Below, piece after piece: positions 24,465 through 38,624 of a stretch of 64,000 nt of DNA. Location of the stretch: contig NC_043000.1 in NCBI RefSeq assembly GCF_006345805.1, positions 89,156,001 to 89,220,000 on the forward strand. Reading direction: 5' to 3'. The translations under genes and the position numbers were made by a program. Below the pieces are notes generated by a model. The model was not told the DNA's origin. It saw only the letters and a list, made by a program, of their open reading frames with translations, and did not search any database. The first letter of the stretch is position 1. The number at the start of each line of letters is the position of its first letter. The DNA is from Octopus sinensis (lineage: Eukaryota).

Positions 24465-24860
24465 TACTTTGCTTCCTATGGAACATAGGCCATCGGTGAC
24501 TTTTCTCCACTGTTTTCGACTCTGGATTGTCTTCTCTGCTCCTTTCCAGTTTTATCCCTGCTTTATCAGCCCCGCCCCAGTACTTGTTGGGCATCTTATC
24601 ATAAGCCTCCCCTGCGGATTCATAACTTACCCTGAGAGAAGATCTTCCTCTTCTAAGTCTTACTGGCTTTGAAATGACATCGATGTTTCTTTAATTTTGC
24701 TTTTATTTCTAGGTTGGGGTGTTTTCCCTACGCAAGCCCATTTTTGCCTCTGGCGAGAGGTGGACCTTTTTAGTTGGGCTTCTATCCTTTATCCTGTCTA
24801 GCATAGGAAGCACGCTGAAATAATTCTTAGGATCTCATTGAGGCTCACAAGCCACCAGAC
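24465..24860 (-). mobile_element. Probable internally deleted RTE relic (3' end plus 5'-UTR-like piece)
   Basis: The minus strand at ~24465-24620 reads ...QSRKQWRKVTDGLCSIGSK, like the RTE C-terminal DR..WR..V..LC motif. Confidence 0.4.
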
Positions 24861-25498
24861 CACAACAAGGACAGGACGTTGTGGTGGATCGTAGAAGTGA
24901 CAATTAATCATTCTCTCGATATCATAACAGATGTAGCAGTCCAGGGGCTTCAAATTAGAAAACCTAGAAGATCGTGATACTAAGTGTCTCGTGATTATAC
25001 GATTCTTCCGAGTCTTGTCGGACATGAGCTACACTTTCCTTATCTCACGCAAAATTTGTATCTGATGGCCTTGTACCCCAGCTTTTGATAGTGGACTCCA
25101 CAGCTTTCCGTTGCTCGACGGTGGCCTTCATTACTCTTTGAAGATGCCATTATCGTTATCCTCGACATGCCGGACTTGGTGGATATGATGGATGAACCCT
25201 GGCTGTCATAACAGCACCTGACTGTCAAGAATGCGTCTTTCTTTTGATCCCTGATGATATGTCCCCTTCCAAAAGTCTCCAGTTTTGTTCTTGAACACAA
25301 AGGGCCTTTTGAAGTTTAAGAGGTTGACCGCCACAACTGCGATTAATATGAAATCCCATCATATTGATTCTGCTTATTTTTCTGAAACAGAAGTGAGAAC
25401 GTTAAAATTTCCAGTATGTCACGCCACAATATGTTTGACCATCTTTCATCTATGGCCTGCTAAAAGTATATTCACAAAACTCGGTTTAGTGTGTGTGT

Positions 25499-25529
<31 letters not shown>

Positions 25530-25806
25530 GAGATGTTGTGTATGTACGTATATTAGTACATATACTCATATACATATATACATATGTGTATATACACACA
25601 CACATATTTACATATGTTGATGCATACATATACACATCTCTCTATATATATATTCCCAGATACACACCTGTTCGGATTTACAAGTAGAAAAGAAATAACA
25701 TAAGAAATGTGTATGCGTGTGTACGTGTGTCTTTATACATAACATATTTATATGAATATACACACATACATGTGTGTATGTATGTATGTATGTATGTATG
25801 TATATA

Positions 25807-25857
<51 letters not shown>

Positions 25858-26235
25858 GCAAAAATTGAACGGATATACCAATGCAAATAGATAGACGCAC
25901 ATATAAAACCACACATGTATACACATAAACAATTTAAAGTACATATTATTTTGATAAAAGATATATGGTGACGATTAAAAACAAAAAAACCTTAGATGAT
26001 AGAGGTCAGCAAATATAATGAAAGAAATACCCCAAAGAAAAATACACACGATGAATAAATAAAAGCGAAACTTAGGAGTAAAATATCATTTATTTATGCC
26101 TCAGGCTTGGATAGAATGAAAATTATGAACGGTGCTTGCTGAAAAATATCCACGTAGTAAAATGTAACTGAGGAATAAACTGTTGTAGGTCTCTTTAAAT
26201 ATAGATAAATGTAGGACAAGAATGGAAAAAGGTGC

Positions 26236-26700
26236 AGCTATGACTGAATGATTAAGAAGTTCGTTCTCAAACCACATAGTGTTGGGCTCAGCCCCACTTC
26301 ACGGCACCTTAGGCAGCTGTCTTCTACCTGTATCGGTCAGAAGACACATTAGTGGTAAACAGAAATGGTAAACAGAAACTGAAAGAAGCTTGTTATATAT
26401 ATATATATATATAAATACAAAATGGGAGGAGAACGCAAAACATTCAAATAGACGATGCAAAAAACGGACGGGTCATTCGAAGCCTTTAATCTTCAGTCAA
26501 GAACCGGATCATCCTCGCAATTTCGGCTGATTAATCTTGAGATTGCTCCGATCTGGCCAGCCCCAAGGAAAAACTAAGCTACGAGCATTAGATTTCTTGG
26601 AAAAAAGGATCGAATGTATACGAAACAAGGACAGAAAAACGGACGATGTTACACAAATATAAATACAAAAAACAAAAAATAATACGAATATAAATACAAA

Positions 26701-26746
<46 letters not shown>

Positions 26747-27411
26747 AATAATAATAATAATAATAATATAATAATAATAATAATATAATAATAATAATAG
26801 GATAAAACAACAGGCAGAGACGACATATTTGTCTTTTGTGTACAGCTCATTAAACTGCGCCCATGCTGGGGCACCGCCTTGAAGGATTTTAGTCGAACGA
26901 ATCAACCTCGGCACTTATTTTTTAAAGCCTGGTACTTATTGTATCGGAGTCTTTCACTGAACTGTTAGGTTACGGAGATGTAAACACTCTAACACCGGTT
27001 GTAAGCGATGATGAGGACAAACACACACACAAATCACACGCATACACATTTAATATATTGCAATATATATGATATGCTTCCGGTGCATATAGCCTCCGGG
27101 CCAACCAAAGCCTTGTGAGTGGATTTGGTAGACAGAAACTGAAAGAAGCACGTCGTATGTATGTATGTATGTATGTATGTATGTATGTATGTATGTATGT
27201 ATGTATGCATATATATATATATATGTGTGTGTGTGTGGTGTGTGTGTGTGTGTGTGTGATGCTGGTGTGTTTACGTCCCCGTAACTTAGCGGTTCGGCAA
27301 AATAGAGCGATAGAATAAGTCCTGGGGTCGATGTGCTCGACTAAAGGCGGTGCTCCAGCATGGCCACAGTCAAATGACTGAAACAAGTAAAACAGTAAAG
27401 ATTAAAAAGAG
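26236..27411. mobile_element. Three partial SINE family A pieces (26236-26400 +, 26834-27020 -, 27087-27411 +) around an (AAC)/(AAT)n tract
   Basis: Each piece is homologous to parts of 7826-8224. Confidence 0.8.
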
Positions 27412-27929
27412 TATATATGACATGCTGAGATAAGTAAGGCAGTATATAAGTAAATAAAGAATAAACGAAAGGAACCAAAAAGTTGAGATAGATAATGCAA
27501 ACGTATAAAGACATAGACAGACAGACATACAGACAGACAGACAGACAGGCAGGCAGGCAGGCAGACAGATAGATAGATAGAATAAATGTGATATAATGAT
27601 ATAAATAAAATATAATGATTATAATGGAATGTTAAAGGAAAGAAAGGTGGATGAAAAATAATACAGGTGAGCTTAGCTCATACAGGTGAGTGTTACCAGT
27701 CAACGTTTTGATTGACTGGTTAGACATAATTGATAATCAGAAGCTGAAGGTATAGAAGTGGTATGCTATTTGGTATTGCTTTAGCAAAGGAAACAATACG
27801 AATGTAATGTACAGAAGAGCTGAGACAAATTGAAAATGTAAGAAAATTATAAACTTTGAATGTTATTCGTTATGTATACTCTGGAAGTATATTTTTGCCA
27901 CTATGGGTAATATAAATAAATATGGCATA

Positions 27930-28190
27930 TAAATAAAATAAATGCGCCCTTGTAAAGCCTAGCCAGGATCATGGGCCCGGTTTCCCGATTTCCATAGCGT
28001 GGGTGTTCCCCAGCTGGACGGTACGCCAGTCCATCGCAGCGTTAATCATTTTTGCCAGCTGAGTGTACTGGAGCAACGTGAAATGAAGTGTTTTGCTCAA
28101 GAACACAACGCGTCGCCCGGTCCAGGAATCGAAACCACAACCTTACGATCATGATGCTGGTACCCTAACCACTAAGCCACGCGCCTCCAC
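27930..28190 (-). mobile_element. SINE with family C head and core but a different 3' tail
   Basis: Shares TTTTGCCAGCTGAGTG...GCTCAAGAACACAACGCG...CTAACCACTAAGCCACGCGCC. The tail 27930-28045 is unrelated to family C. Confidence 0.8.
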
Positions 28191-28601
28191 CAAATATGCC
28201 ATACGTACAATAATTATGATTTAACTTTTAGCAAATGTCTTCATGCTTATACAAAATGATGAAATGAAAACTAATTATTAAAAGAAAAAATATCTATTAA
28301 AATACAAATATTTTCAATTTGCATAACTTCTCCCATAGTTAATTTGTCATTTACTCTCGCTTCTTCTCTTCCCCTATCTTTCTCATTCATTCTCAATTCA
28401 TTCTCTCTTGCTGTTTATGATGTGTGTAGCGTTCATTTACCCATGGTTGGCCAAGAAGCCTATTATGTGCACTCATCATGCACCTTTATGTTTACTCATT
28501 CTATTTCTCTTTTTCTCTCTTTCGTTCTCCCCCCCCCTTTCTTTATACGATGTAAAACTTGACCGGAGACATCAACCAACCAATATTTATATCGGCTATT
28601 A

Positions 28602-28823
28602 AGGCGGCGAGCTGGTAGAAACGTTAGGACGCCGGGCGAAATGCTTAGCGGTATTTCGTCTGCCGGCACGTTCTGAGTTCAAATTCCGCCGAAGTCGACT
28701 TTGCCTTCCATCCCTTCGGGGTCGATTAAATAAGTACCAGTTACGCACTGGGGTCGATGTAATCGACTCAATCCCTTTGTTTGTCCCCTCTATGTTTAGC
28801 CCCTTGCGGGCAATAAAGAAATA
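28602..28823 (+). mobile_element. SINE family B, full-length, with 20-bp TSD
   Basis: TSD AATATTTATATCGGCTATTA at 28582-28601 and 28824-28843. Confidence 0.95.
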
Positions 28824-29734
28824 AATATTTATATCGGCTATTATCAGAAAGAGATGTGAAGGATAAATTTACACATACCATAAGAACATCCTCTAAGTTG
28901 TATAGCATGGTTATTGTGTAAAAGTTTTGAGTAGACACTGTTTTGTAAAGTGGTTTGAAAGTTCTAAGTAAAGGCATGTTTCCAATTATCTACAGTGCAA
29001 ACTCTGGGTTTCTAGTAATGGAAAGATTTTATGGTTCCGTTTTTACCTTATTTTTGTCTTTTACATAAAGAAATCCTTTTATTATGTTTATTTCGTATAT
29101 TACCCTTAGCAAAGAGAATGGCCTTCCTGATATTTTTTTAACCATTGTATTACTATTTTATTTACATTACTATTACTCTTATCGCTTACTCTTTGGTATT
29201 AATGTTCTCTGTAGTTGTCTCCTAATCTCTCCAGATCTGGCTATCTCTTATGTTTTATTTCGATTTTACCTTTACGACTCTTTGGTAATATCCTATCTCA
29301 TCTTTTCCATTTTCACCCATTCAACCCCCTTATCTCAACTATTCCTTCCACTTATTATTTTTTTTTTTTTTTGTCTCTTCACTATCAATATATTCTCACA
29401 AGCCTCTCCATCACTACACTCGGCTATGTTTTAAAACATTTCATTTATCCCAAACCTTATCTTAACCTTTCGATCCTTTCATTTATTCTTTTATTTATTC
29501 ATGTATTCTCTTCCTGAACTCGATAATTCACAAGGTGTTTCTCTCTATTTATTTATTTAACTTTATTTCACCTTTTGACTTACTTTCAGACATTTTTTTT
29601 AACCCTTCCTTTTCAGTTTCGTTTAGCTCACTTTCTGAAATATAGCATTAATCACAATCTTATGGTTTTAAATATATTTTCTTTATCTTTCTGACTCATT
29701 CTCATCGTTTACCCTAAACTAGTAGCTATTAGCT

Positions 29735-30000
29735 TCTTCTCCTTCTTTCTTCTTCTTCTTCTTCTTCTTTTCTTCTTTTCCTTCTTTTTCTTCTTCTTCT
29801 TCTTCTTCTTCTTCTTCTTCTTTTCTTCTTCTTCTTCATCTTCTTTTTCTTTTCTCTTTTCTTCTTCTTTTCTTCTTCTTTTTCTTCTTCTTCTTCTTCT
29901 TCTTCTTTCTTCTTCTTCTTCTTCTTCTTTTTCTCCTCCTCCTCCTCCTTCTACTTCTTCTCCTCCTTCTTATCCTCCCCCCTCCTCCTTATCCCCTTCT
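29735..30000. repeat. (CTT)n/(CCT)n microsatellite
   Basis: Direct inspection. Confidence 0.97.
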
Positions 30001-30561
30001 CCTTTTCTTCTCCCTCTCATTGTTATTATTATTATTATTATTGTTGTTGTTGTTGTTGCTGTTATTTACTTCTAATCTGCATGTTTGTTACAATCACTTG
30101 CCGGGATACACCCAGCGTCCTAGGACGAGTAAAGGATAAGAAATATTACAGTATCACAGAAAACTTGCGGAGAGGAAGCGGCAGGGGTAGTAGCGAACTA
30201 TTTTCATGTAATACAATAGAAACATATAAATTGGTAGGGTATTTCTAAGGATGTGGGCAGTATTTGTCAGTACAATCTTTTGGATTTCTCTGAGGCATGT
30301 TTCCGACATCCCTTTTTCAACACATCTAGCGCATCTACAATAACAAGAACAGTTCTTGCTTTAAGATGCCACATTTTTTTGTATTTCACTTTTCAGGTCC
30401 TTATATTTATTTAATTTCTCAAATTCCTTTACAGATATATTTTTATATTTTTATCAGTGGGAACACTTTCATCTGTTAATCTACAAGTATTTTCTTCCTT
30501 GTCTTTCATAATTATGTCTGGTCGATTAGCCTAGATCATTCTGTCAGTATTGACACACACA

Positions 30562-30592
<31 letters not shown>

Positions 30593-30607
30593 AATATATA
30601 TATATTT

Positions 30608-31030
30608 AAGCGATGGTGGGGGACAAACACAGGTACACACATATATACATACGACAGACTTCTATCCATTTCCATCTACCAAATCCACTCACAAGGTTTT
30701 GGTCGGTCCGAGGCCATAGTAGAAGACACTTGCCCAAGGTGCCACGCAGTGGGACTGAATCCGAAACCGTGTGGTTGGGAAGCAAGCTTCTTACCACACA
30801 GCCACTCCTGCGCTTAAATATATTTTTTATTCTTTTCTTTTACTAGTTTCAGTCATTTGACTGCAGCCATGCTGGAGCACCACCTTTAGTCGAGCAAATT
30901 GACCCCAGGATTTATTCTTTGTAAGCTTAGTACTTATTCTATCGGATCTTTGGTCGAAGTGCTAAGTTACAGGAACGTAAACGTACCAGCATCAGTTGTC
31001 AAGCGCTTGTGGGGAAGGCAAACACACATC
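30608..31030 (-). mobile_element. Two SINE family A halves (5' half 30608-30812, 3' half 30832-31030)
   Basis: Homology to 7826-8224. Confidence 0.85.
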
Positions 31031-32022
31031 TATATATACACACACACGTGTGTGTGTGTGTGTGGTGTGTGTGTGTGTGTGTGTGTATGTGTGTGTGTGA
31101 GAGAGAGAGAGAAAACTTTTATTTGTGTATGTGTGTGAAAATCTAGTTATGAATTAAAAACACAGGTAAGTAAAAGAAATAACTATAAATCCTAAGAGTT
31201 GAACGAAATACCGTATTCGTTTCACAAACTCGTTTAGTGCGAAACATACGACCATCTGTAATGAATTATTTCAATTTAAGGTATTAGACACTTTTAAGGT
31301 CTCTCATGAGAGCTACTGGTAACATAGAATCCGGGATAGTCTGTTGCATGGTATGGTCATCAGGGACTAAACCGGCACCCTAACTAGGCTTGCCTGGTGA
31401 AGAGGATTGCTGGAAACGCAGGTCTAAAAACAAGACGTATCAAAAGCATAGATGAACCTAGTGTAGGTTCGGCAATTATCTAACAATCGCATGGGCCCTC
31501 AGAAATTCCAGGTTGGTGTCTGGCGTGTTGGAAGACCACTGGATGTGAGGCACCTCTTAGCTTTTGCTAAAGCATGTCTCTAAGAAAAGGTCCTTTTGAT
31601 ATAAAACCAGATGTGAATATTTTGGGGATCTTTTGCTAGCTCTTAAGATCATGGTGCTTCCATATTCCTAGCCTGCGACCCATATTGGCAGTGGATATAT
31701 TACTCTGGCTGGTCTCTTAATCATGTCAATAAGGTGGAGAGGGTCCGTGAAGTGCTGTGCAAGTCCTATTGGATCAGAAATTTTATGTTGGGCAATTGTC
31801 GGCGAGGTGAGTATCCGATGACCGGTCGAGTAGGTGGGTACCTCAGCGAGGAAGCTGCGGACGCAAAACCGGTTGAACTTAGTTCGATTTGAAAACCCCA
31901 CTAGAATGGGAGAAAGCGCTAATATATGATCTAAGTTATATGATGTATAAAACCATGTAATATACAAATAAATATCTGTAAATATAAAACCATCCGAATT
32001 TCTGAGTACCTCATTTCTTCTA

Positions 32023-32057
<35 letters not shown>

Positions 32058-32147
32058 TGTATGTATGTATGTATGTATGCATGCATGTATGTATTTTTGT
32101 ATGTATGCATGTATATAACATCATATATATATATATATATATTATAA

Positions 32148-32920
32148 CGTGAAGGCGTGTGGCTTAGTGTACTCTGCTCACGATCTTAAGGTCGTGAGTT
32201 CGATATACACAGGTGTGTTGTGTCCTTGACCAATATATTTTATTTCACATTGCTCCTGTCCACTCATCTGGGAAAAAAAAAGAGTAATACCTCTATTTCA
32301 AAAGGCCAGCCTTGTCACATTCTGTGTCACACTGAATCCCCCTGAGAATTACGTTATGGGTACGCGTGTCTGTGGAGTGTTCAGACACTTGCACGTTAAT
32401 TTACTGAGCAAGCTCTTCCGCTGAGCGAATCAATTGGAACACTCGCCGACGGAGTGCCAGTATGCACACACATGCACATAGAGATTTACACACACAGACA
32501 TATGCACACACACACATGTATGTATGTGTGTATGTATGTATGTATGTATGTTTGTACGTACGTATGTATGTATGTATGTATGTATGTATGTATATAGTGA
32601 GGGTGCGTGGCTTAGTGGTTAGGGCATTCGGCTCACGATTGTAAAGTCGTGAGTTCAATTCCCAGCGACGCGTTGTGTCCTTGAGCAAGACACTTTATTT
32701 CACGTTGCTCCAGTCCACACATCTGGCAAAAATGAGTAGTACCTGTATTTCAAAGGGCCAGCCTAGTCGTATTCTGTGTCACGCTGAACCGCCTTGCGAA
32801 CTACGTTAAGGGTACACGTGTCTGTGGAATGCTCAGCCACTTACACGTTAATTTCACGAGCAAGCTGTTCCGTTGATCGTATCAGCTGGGACCCTCGTCG
32901 TCGTAACCGACGGAGTGCAC
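32148..32920 (+). mobile_element. Two tandem SINE family C copies (32148-32460 and 32597-32920)
   Basis: Each has an A/B-box head and an ACCGACGGAGTG-type tail. They are separated by (CA)/(TATG)n. Confidence 0.9.
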
Positions 32921-33562
32921 TTATGTATGTATGTATGTATGTATGTATGTATGTATATTTACATAGATACATACTAATGTGTCTCCATATAGACAGCATT
33001 ATTTGTTTGATTTCTCCATCGCTATGAAATATGATTGCATCAATATAACGATTAATATAATGTATTGGCTTTCTATTTATTTATCTATGTTCTATATTAA
33101 TTCTTTATATAGTCTTATTTTTATTTAATTACGTCATTAATTTCCTTTTACTCATTGCTCTCGACATTCTATCTCTCTGTTTATAACATTTTTATGCGAG
33201 TTATTTTCTAGCATTAATTTCAATTCGACTAATTTAACTAATTTTATCTGTTTCATGTCCCTTTGATATGTTTACAGTATTCCAGTACATTAAATAATTA
33301 ATAATTTTCCGTCACGCTGGATCCTTCGTACTATACTATATGCACAATTACAAACAACGTTTTACATCATCTCTCTGTTTTATACACAACCTCCACTGAT
33401 CTTCCTGTCTCTCTTTTATACAATATTTCACAATATTTCATTTTCATCTTTCCATTGCTCATCCACATAGTTCTACCTTCTCCTACTCTCACGCATTCAC
33501 TTTCTATTTTTTTCTTACATTTATACACCTATCCCTCTGCCTTCATAAATTATATATATATA

Positions 33563-33778
33563 TATTTCTTTATCACCCACGAGGGGCTAAACATAGAGGG
33601 GACAAACAAGGACAAAGTATTAAGTCGATTACATCGACCCCAGTGCGTAACTGGTACTTAATTTATCAACCCCGAAAGGATGAAAGGCAAAGTCGACTTC
33701 GGCGGAATTTGAACTCAGAACGTAACGGCAGACGAAATACGGCTACGCATTTCGCCCGGTGTGCTAACGTTTCTGCCT
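33563..33778 (-). mobile_element. SINE family B
   Basis: Homologous to 36332-36566. Confidence 0.9.
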
Positions 33779-33831
33779 AAAACCAGTGGCTTAGCGTATT
33801 TAAAAAGTCCGAAGATTACAAATTGTGTTAC

Positions 33832-34072
33832 ATACAAAATTTAGAGGAATGACCACTAAAGTGGACACCCTATATTCTAAACATAGACGTCAAATCGTCA
33901 TTACCACGAAGAATGTGTTCTCAAGGAAAAATCTCAGCAAAAAAACAAAATGTAAATGGTTGTTTTGCTGACATTTTTCTTGAGAACACATTCTTCGTGC
34001 TAATGACGATTTGACGTCCATGTTTAGCATATAGTGTGTCCACTTTAGTGGTCATTCCTCTAAATTTTGTAT
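33832..34072. repeat. Long inverted repeat (fold-back), arms ~110 bp
   Basis: TACAAAATTTAGAGGAATGACCACTAAAGTGGACAC...CAGCAAAA pairs with TTTTGCTGA...GTGTCCACTTTAGTGGTCATTCCTCTAAATTTTGTA, with about 6 differences by eye. Confidence 0.93.
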
Positions 34073-34786
34073 ATATATATATTCTGTATGCTTCCGCTCT
34101 TTCTCTCATATCTCTGTCCATTTTTACACTCTCTATATTACAGTGTCTCGCTTTCTACTTCCTTACATCAGCAGTCATTTTAATTTTCAAATAATTATGT
34201 GTTAGTTTTTAAAACCTTACCGATTAAAACTTCTTTATTTAATTAGTATATAAATTTCGAATGTATTCTAGAGTTTTCTGAACTAGTTTTCACTTGCCAT
34301 TCATTTGAAAACTTTAGTTGTTCAATCGAACAAAATATTCTGGTACATTGCATTAATTTAATATGTGTGTGTGTGTGTGGGCGCGCGAGTTTTAGAATCA
34401 AGTTTCATTTAGTTCTGCCTTCCATCTGAAGTTAGTATTTAATAGTGGATTAAACTATTATTTTCTTCCGAGGATCTTGCAGTTTAAGTTGATAGTGCAA
34501 ACGTCTAAGTTACTGCACAACATACTTATATACGCTAGAGAAACACGTGTAAAGATTATGTGATTTAAAATGTTATAATAAAGATTTTAAACACCTATTT
34601 TATTCCGCTCTCCGATGGATATATACATTAGTGTGTGTATGTGTGTGTGTGTGTGTGTGTGCGTGTGTGTGTATGTGTGTGTATGTGTGTATGTAAACCG
34701 GGGGAGACTGTTAGCCAACCAAGGAAAAAGAAAGATAGACATAGAGATAGATATACATACATCTATACATATTTATTTCTATGAGT

Positions 34787-34832
<46 letters not shown>

Positions 34833-34934
34833 TGTGTGTGTGTGTTCTTAACTGGCTTATAAACATCTTCCACGCTGAAACTGTTTTTGTTTCGGCCCAC
34901 GATTTCAGATGAAGTTCCTTGCTATGCAAGTACA

Positions 34935-34940
34935 TCTCTG

Positions 34941-34980
<40 letters not shown>

Positions 34981-35697
34981 CTGAAGTTGTCTGTGTGTGT
35001 GTGTGTGGCAGGTTTGGTAGCCGCCTTCAACTAACACTATCTTCTCCGAGACCCTGTGGTGAAAGTTGACCAAAATTGAGAGTATAATAGAAGGCTTGCT
35101 CTTCCTTCCGTAGAAGAAAAAATTCAAATCGGACCATGTTAACACCAAAAATTATTTACATCAAAAAGGTGCTTTTTTTCTATGAAAATCCCTATTTTTT
35201 ACGATTTTTTGACAGCTGTGTCGCCATTTTTCGGTGTATTTCAACCAGAAAAATGTTCACTTAAAGAGAATAACAAGCTACATAATGCAAAAGTTTTACT
35301 TTTCAAAAATTCCAATTCTAAAGGGTCGAAAAGAATTTTTTTGTGATGTCATTGGTTTTGAGCGAACGACGGATTTTCCTGTACCTTTTCTTAATGAATA
35401 CTGTTGCAGTGTTAACTTCTTAACAGATTTTCAGTGCAGTCAGGAACTTGAGCTTCATTTTACTTTAAATCTACGGATAATTTTTTCTCCATAATGTTAA
35501 AAGAAGGAATATTAACCAACAATACCAACAATTGAAATCGGTATTACACATTTGCAGAACATTCAGAGCAAACTCGAGCATCGCCACACTATACTTTTAT
35601 TCATAGATTGAAACCATGTCAAAACTTTGTTAAGGTGACATGCCGTTTTAAGCGCAGCTAAAAAACAAACCCGAGCAACGCCGGGCTATACTGCTAG
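34935..35697 (+). mobile_element. Non-autonomous Helitron
   Basis: The 5' end reads A|TC...(TA)n-AAAGCTGAAGTTGTCTGTGTG. The 3' end has the hairpin CCCG-AGCAACGC-CGGG (35670-35685) followed by CTAG|T (35694-35698). Confidence 0.8.
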
Positions 35698-36331
35698 TAT
35701 ATATATATATATATATGGAGAAGAAAACAATTAGCCAAAATAACAGGTAACAATTCGATAAATCAACGATTCAATAATTACCATTAGGTACGGGAGACCG
35801 TCAAAAACACGCCGCATTATTTCTTTATTTTGAGCACACATTCTCTTACAAAGAAGAGACAATATATGGACAGATAATGCAACACAGTGGGGTACATAAA
35901 ACATATAGCGAATGAAATTATGAATTATGAAAATGGAAATGAAATGGCTTAACTGCCCCCTACTCGCAGACAGTATCATTTAACTGTTTATGTATACATT
36001 TAACACTCAGCTCATTATTCTTTTTGTATCATTGTTTAAAAAAGTCACTATTAAAATTTTTTTCTTGCTAAACAATATTTCATTTACAATATATACTCTA
36101 TTAAATTCTGAAATGCCACCACAGGTGGCAACTCGTCAAACCGAATCTGTATCGGCGATATTTCTATCTTCTCTCCAAACATTTTCTTTCAATTTCTCTC
36201 CTCTCTCTTTCTCAAGCAAGACTGCTTGGTCGCATTCGTTACGCTCATCCGCCAGTAATTTAACCATAATTACCTGTTTCATCTTGGTGATTTTTTTTCA
36301 ATTTCTACACTTTTTTTTATACTCTATCATA

Positions 36332-36566
36332 TATTTCTTTATTACCCACAAGGGACTAAACACAGAGGGGACAAACAAGGACAGACAAAGGGATTAAGTC
36401 GATTACATCGACCCCAGTGCGTAACTGGTACTTAATTTATCGACCCCGAAAGGATGAAGGGCAAAATCGACCTCGGCGGAATTTGAACTCAGAACGTAAC
36501 GACAGGGGAAATACGGCTACGCATTTCGCCCGGCGTGCTAACGTTTCTGCCAGCTCGCCGCCCTCA
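36332..36566 (-). mobile_element. SINE family B, full-length, with 16-bp TSD
   Basis: TSD TTTATACTCTATCATA at 36316-36331 and 36567-36582. Confidence 0.95.
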
Positions 36567-36699
36567 TTTATACTCTATCATAGTCCGTAAGTGTTTTCCT
36601 TTCTGCACTTCTTCCTGTTTTCCATCATTAGTCTCTTCTGATATTACTGGTACCTCATTCTCTTTCTTTTCTGCATCTCTCTCACTCAATGTTGTTGGC

Positions 36700-37320
36700 A
36701 TCTCTCAGGTATCTTCTTTTTTTTTCTGAACCTTCACTTTCTCCTCCCTTGGTATAGCTGATCTTACACCCTGAGTCTCCTCTACGTTTTCTTTTCTCTT
36801 TTCCAGCGGACTCTTAGGTGGTGAGTCCGCGTTTCCCTCTCTTTCTTCTTTCTCTTCCCTACTGTACACTCTGCCAATCCTAACTCTTGCCGCACGTTTG
36901 CCACAGTAGGTTGGCAGTAGCACCCACTCAAACGACATCAACGGCACTGTGGAGTGCTTTATCGCTTCTTGTTCGCTCGCGAAACGAACCTCCACTCTGC
37001 CATATTTCTTGCTTCTAGTATATAATGTCGTGAGGTTTTTAATATCCTTTAGACATTCTTCTACTGCTTCCGCCGTAGCTATTTCGATCCTTTTGGTTGC
37101 TGTGGAGAGCGTTCTATAAATTACTGTCCTTTAGTTGTATTTTCAATAATTAACATTAGTTGTATTTTCTGTCACTTCTTTCGGCGGGGTCAACGTCAGG
37201 CTGACACCTTTCTTTGCTATAAGTTCGTTGAACTTTTTCAATTACTTCTCGTCTAGTTTTACTTCTCTCACTTGTAATATATTAGCAGTCAAACCTTTTC
37301 CAGTTACTGCAACATAGCTA
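36700..37320 (-). mobile_element. Probable ORF1 (RRM-like) fragment of an L1/Tx1-type retrotransposon
   Basis: The minus frame RTVIYRTLSTATKRIEIATAEAVEECLKDIKNLTTLYTRSKKYGRVEVRFASEQEA...LLPTYCGKRAARVRIGRV has an RRM-like V.F..E..A pattern and then breaks down. Confidence 0.45.
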
Positions 37321-37348
37321 CCTGGTTGGCTCTGAAAGAATCCCGTCG

Positions 37349-37830
<482 letters not shown>

Positions 37831-38179
37831 AAAGAATAAAAGATTATTACCTAACCATAATTGCAAAGTTGATTTAGGCAGAAATTAATCCAAACTTTTC
37901 GTTATTCAAAGTAATCGCGATTAGTACATTTATCGATAACGAAGTAAAACTTCTAAGTTATTTTAATATGATAAACAGATATAATGCAAAAGTTTTCACA
38001 AATGTTATCAAAATATCTTAAAGAAAACGTTTCTAATTACGTATTATTAATTAAAACAATTTAGTAAGGTGGTATAGGACGCGATCAAGGAAGAGAGAGA
38101 GGGGGAAGAGAAGGGAGGAAGAGAGGGCGAGAGAGAGAGAGATGAATGTCGCAACTTTATTATAGCATAGATGTATGTA

Positions 38180-38215
<36 letters not shown>

Positions 38216-38264
38216 GTGTGTGCGCGCGCGTGTGTTTGTGCGTGCGTTTTGTCTGTACACACAC

Positions 38265-38306
<42 letters not shown>

Positions 38307-38624
38307 ATACACATTTGTACAATGTCTGTTTCCTTTTAGTGTTCTCCTAGAACTTCCTTCCAATTATCGTAAATAACCCGAATCTAATTGAAATCTTTGT
38401 AGTATTACATTAATATCACTGGAACCTTCAATATTTGCCTAATAATACTTTTATCCAATTATTTTTGTAATGATTTTCAACCATAAATTTTTCTCACTGA
38501 TAAAATTAAAGTTCCAATTTACTTCGACTTCCAAGTAAATTATTCTAAACGGTTTACTAATAGATACCTCCTAACTTAATTTTTTTAGGAGAACGAAATA
38601 AGCTAAGCAATTCGTTCTGTCATT

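Noticed and set aside
26462-26505. Minus-strand CTGAAGA...CGAATGACCCGTC resembling a hammerhead
   Set aside because: There is no pairable stem II and GAAA is not present.
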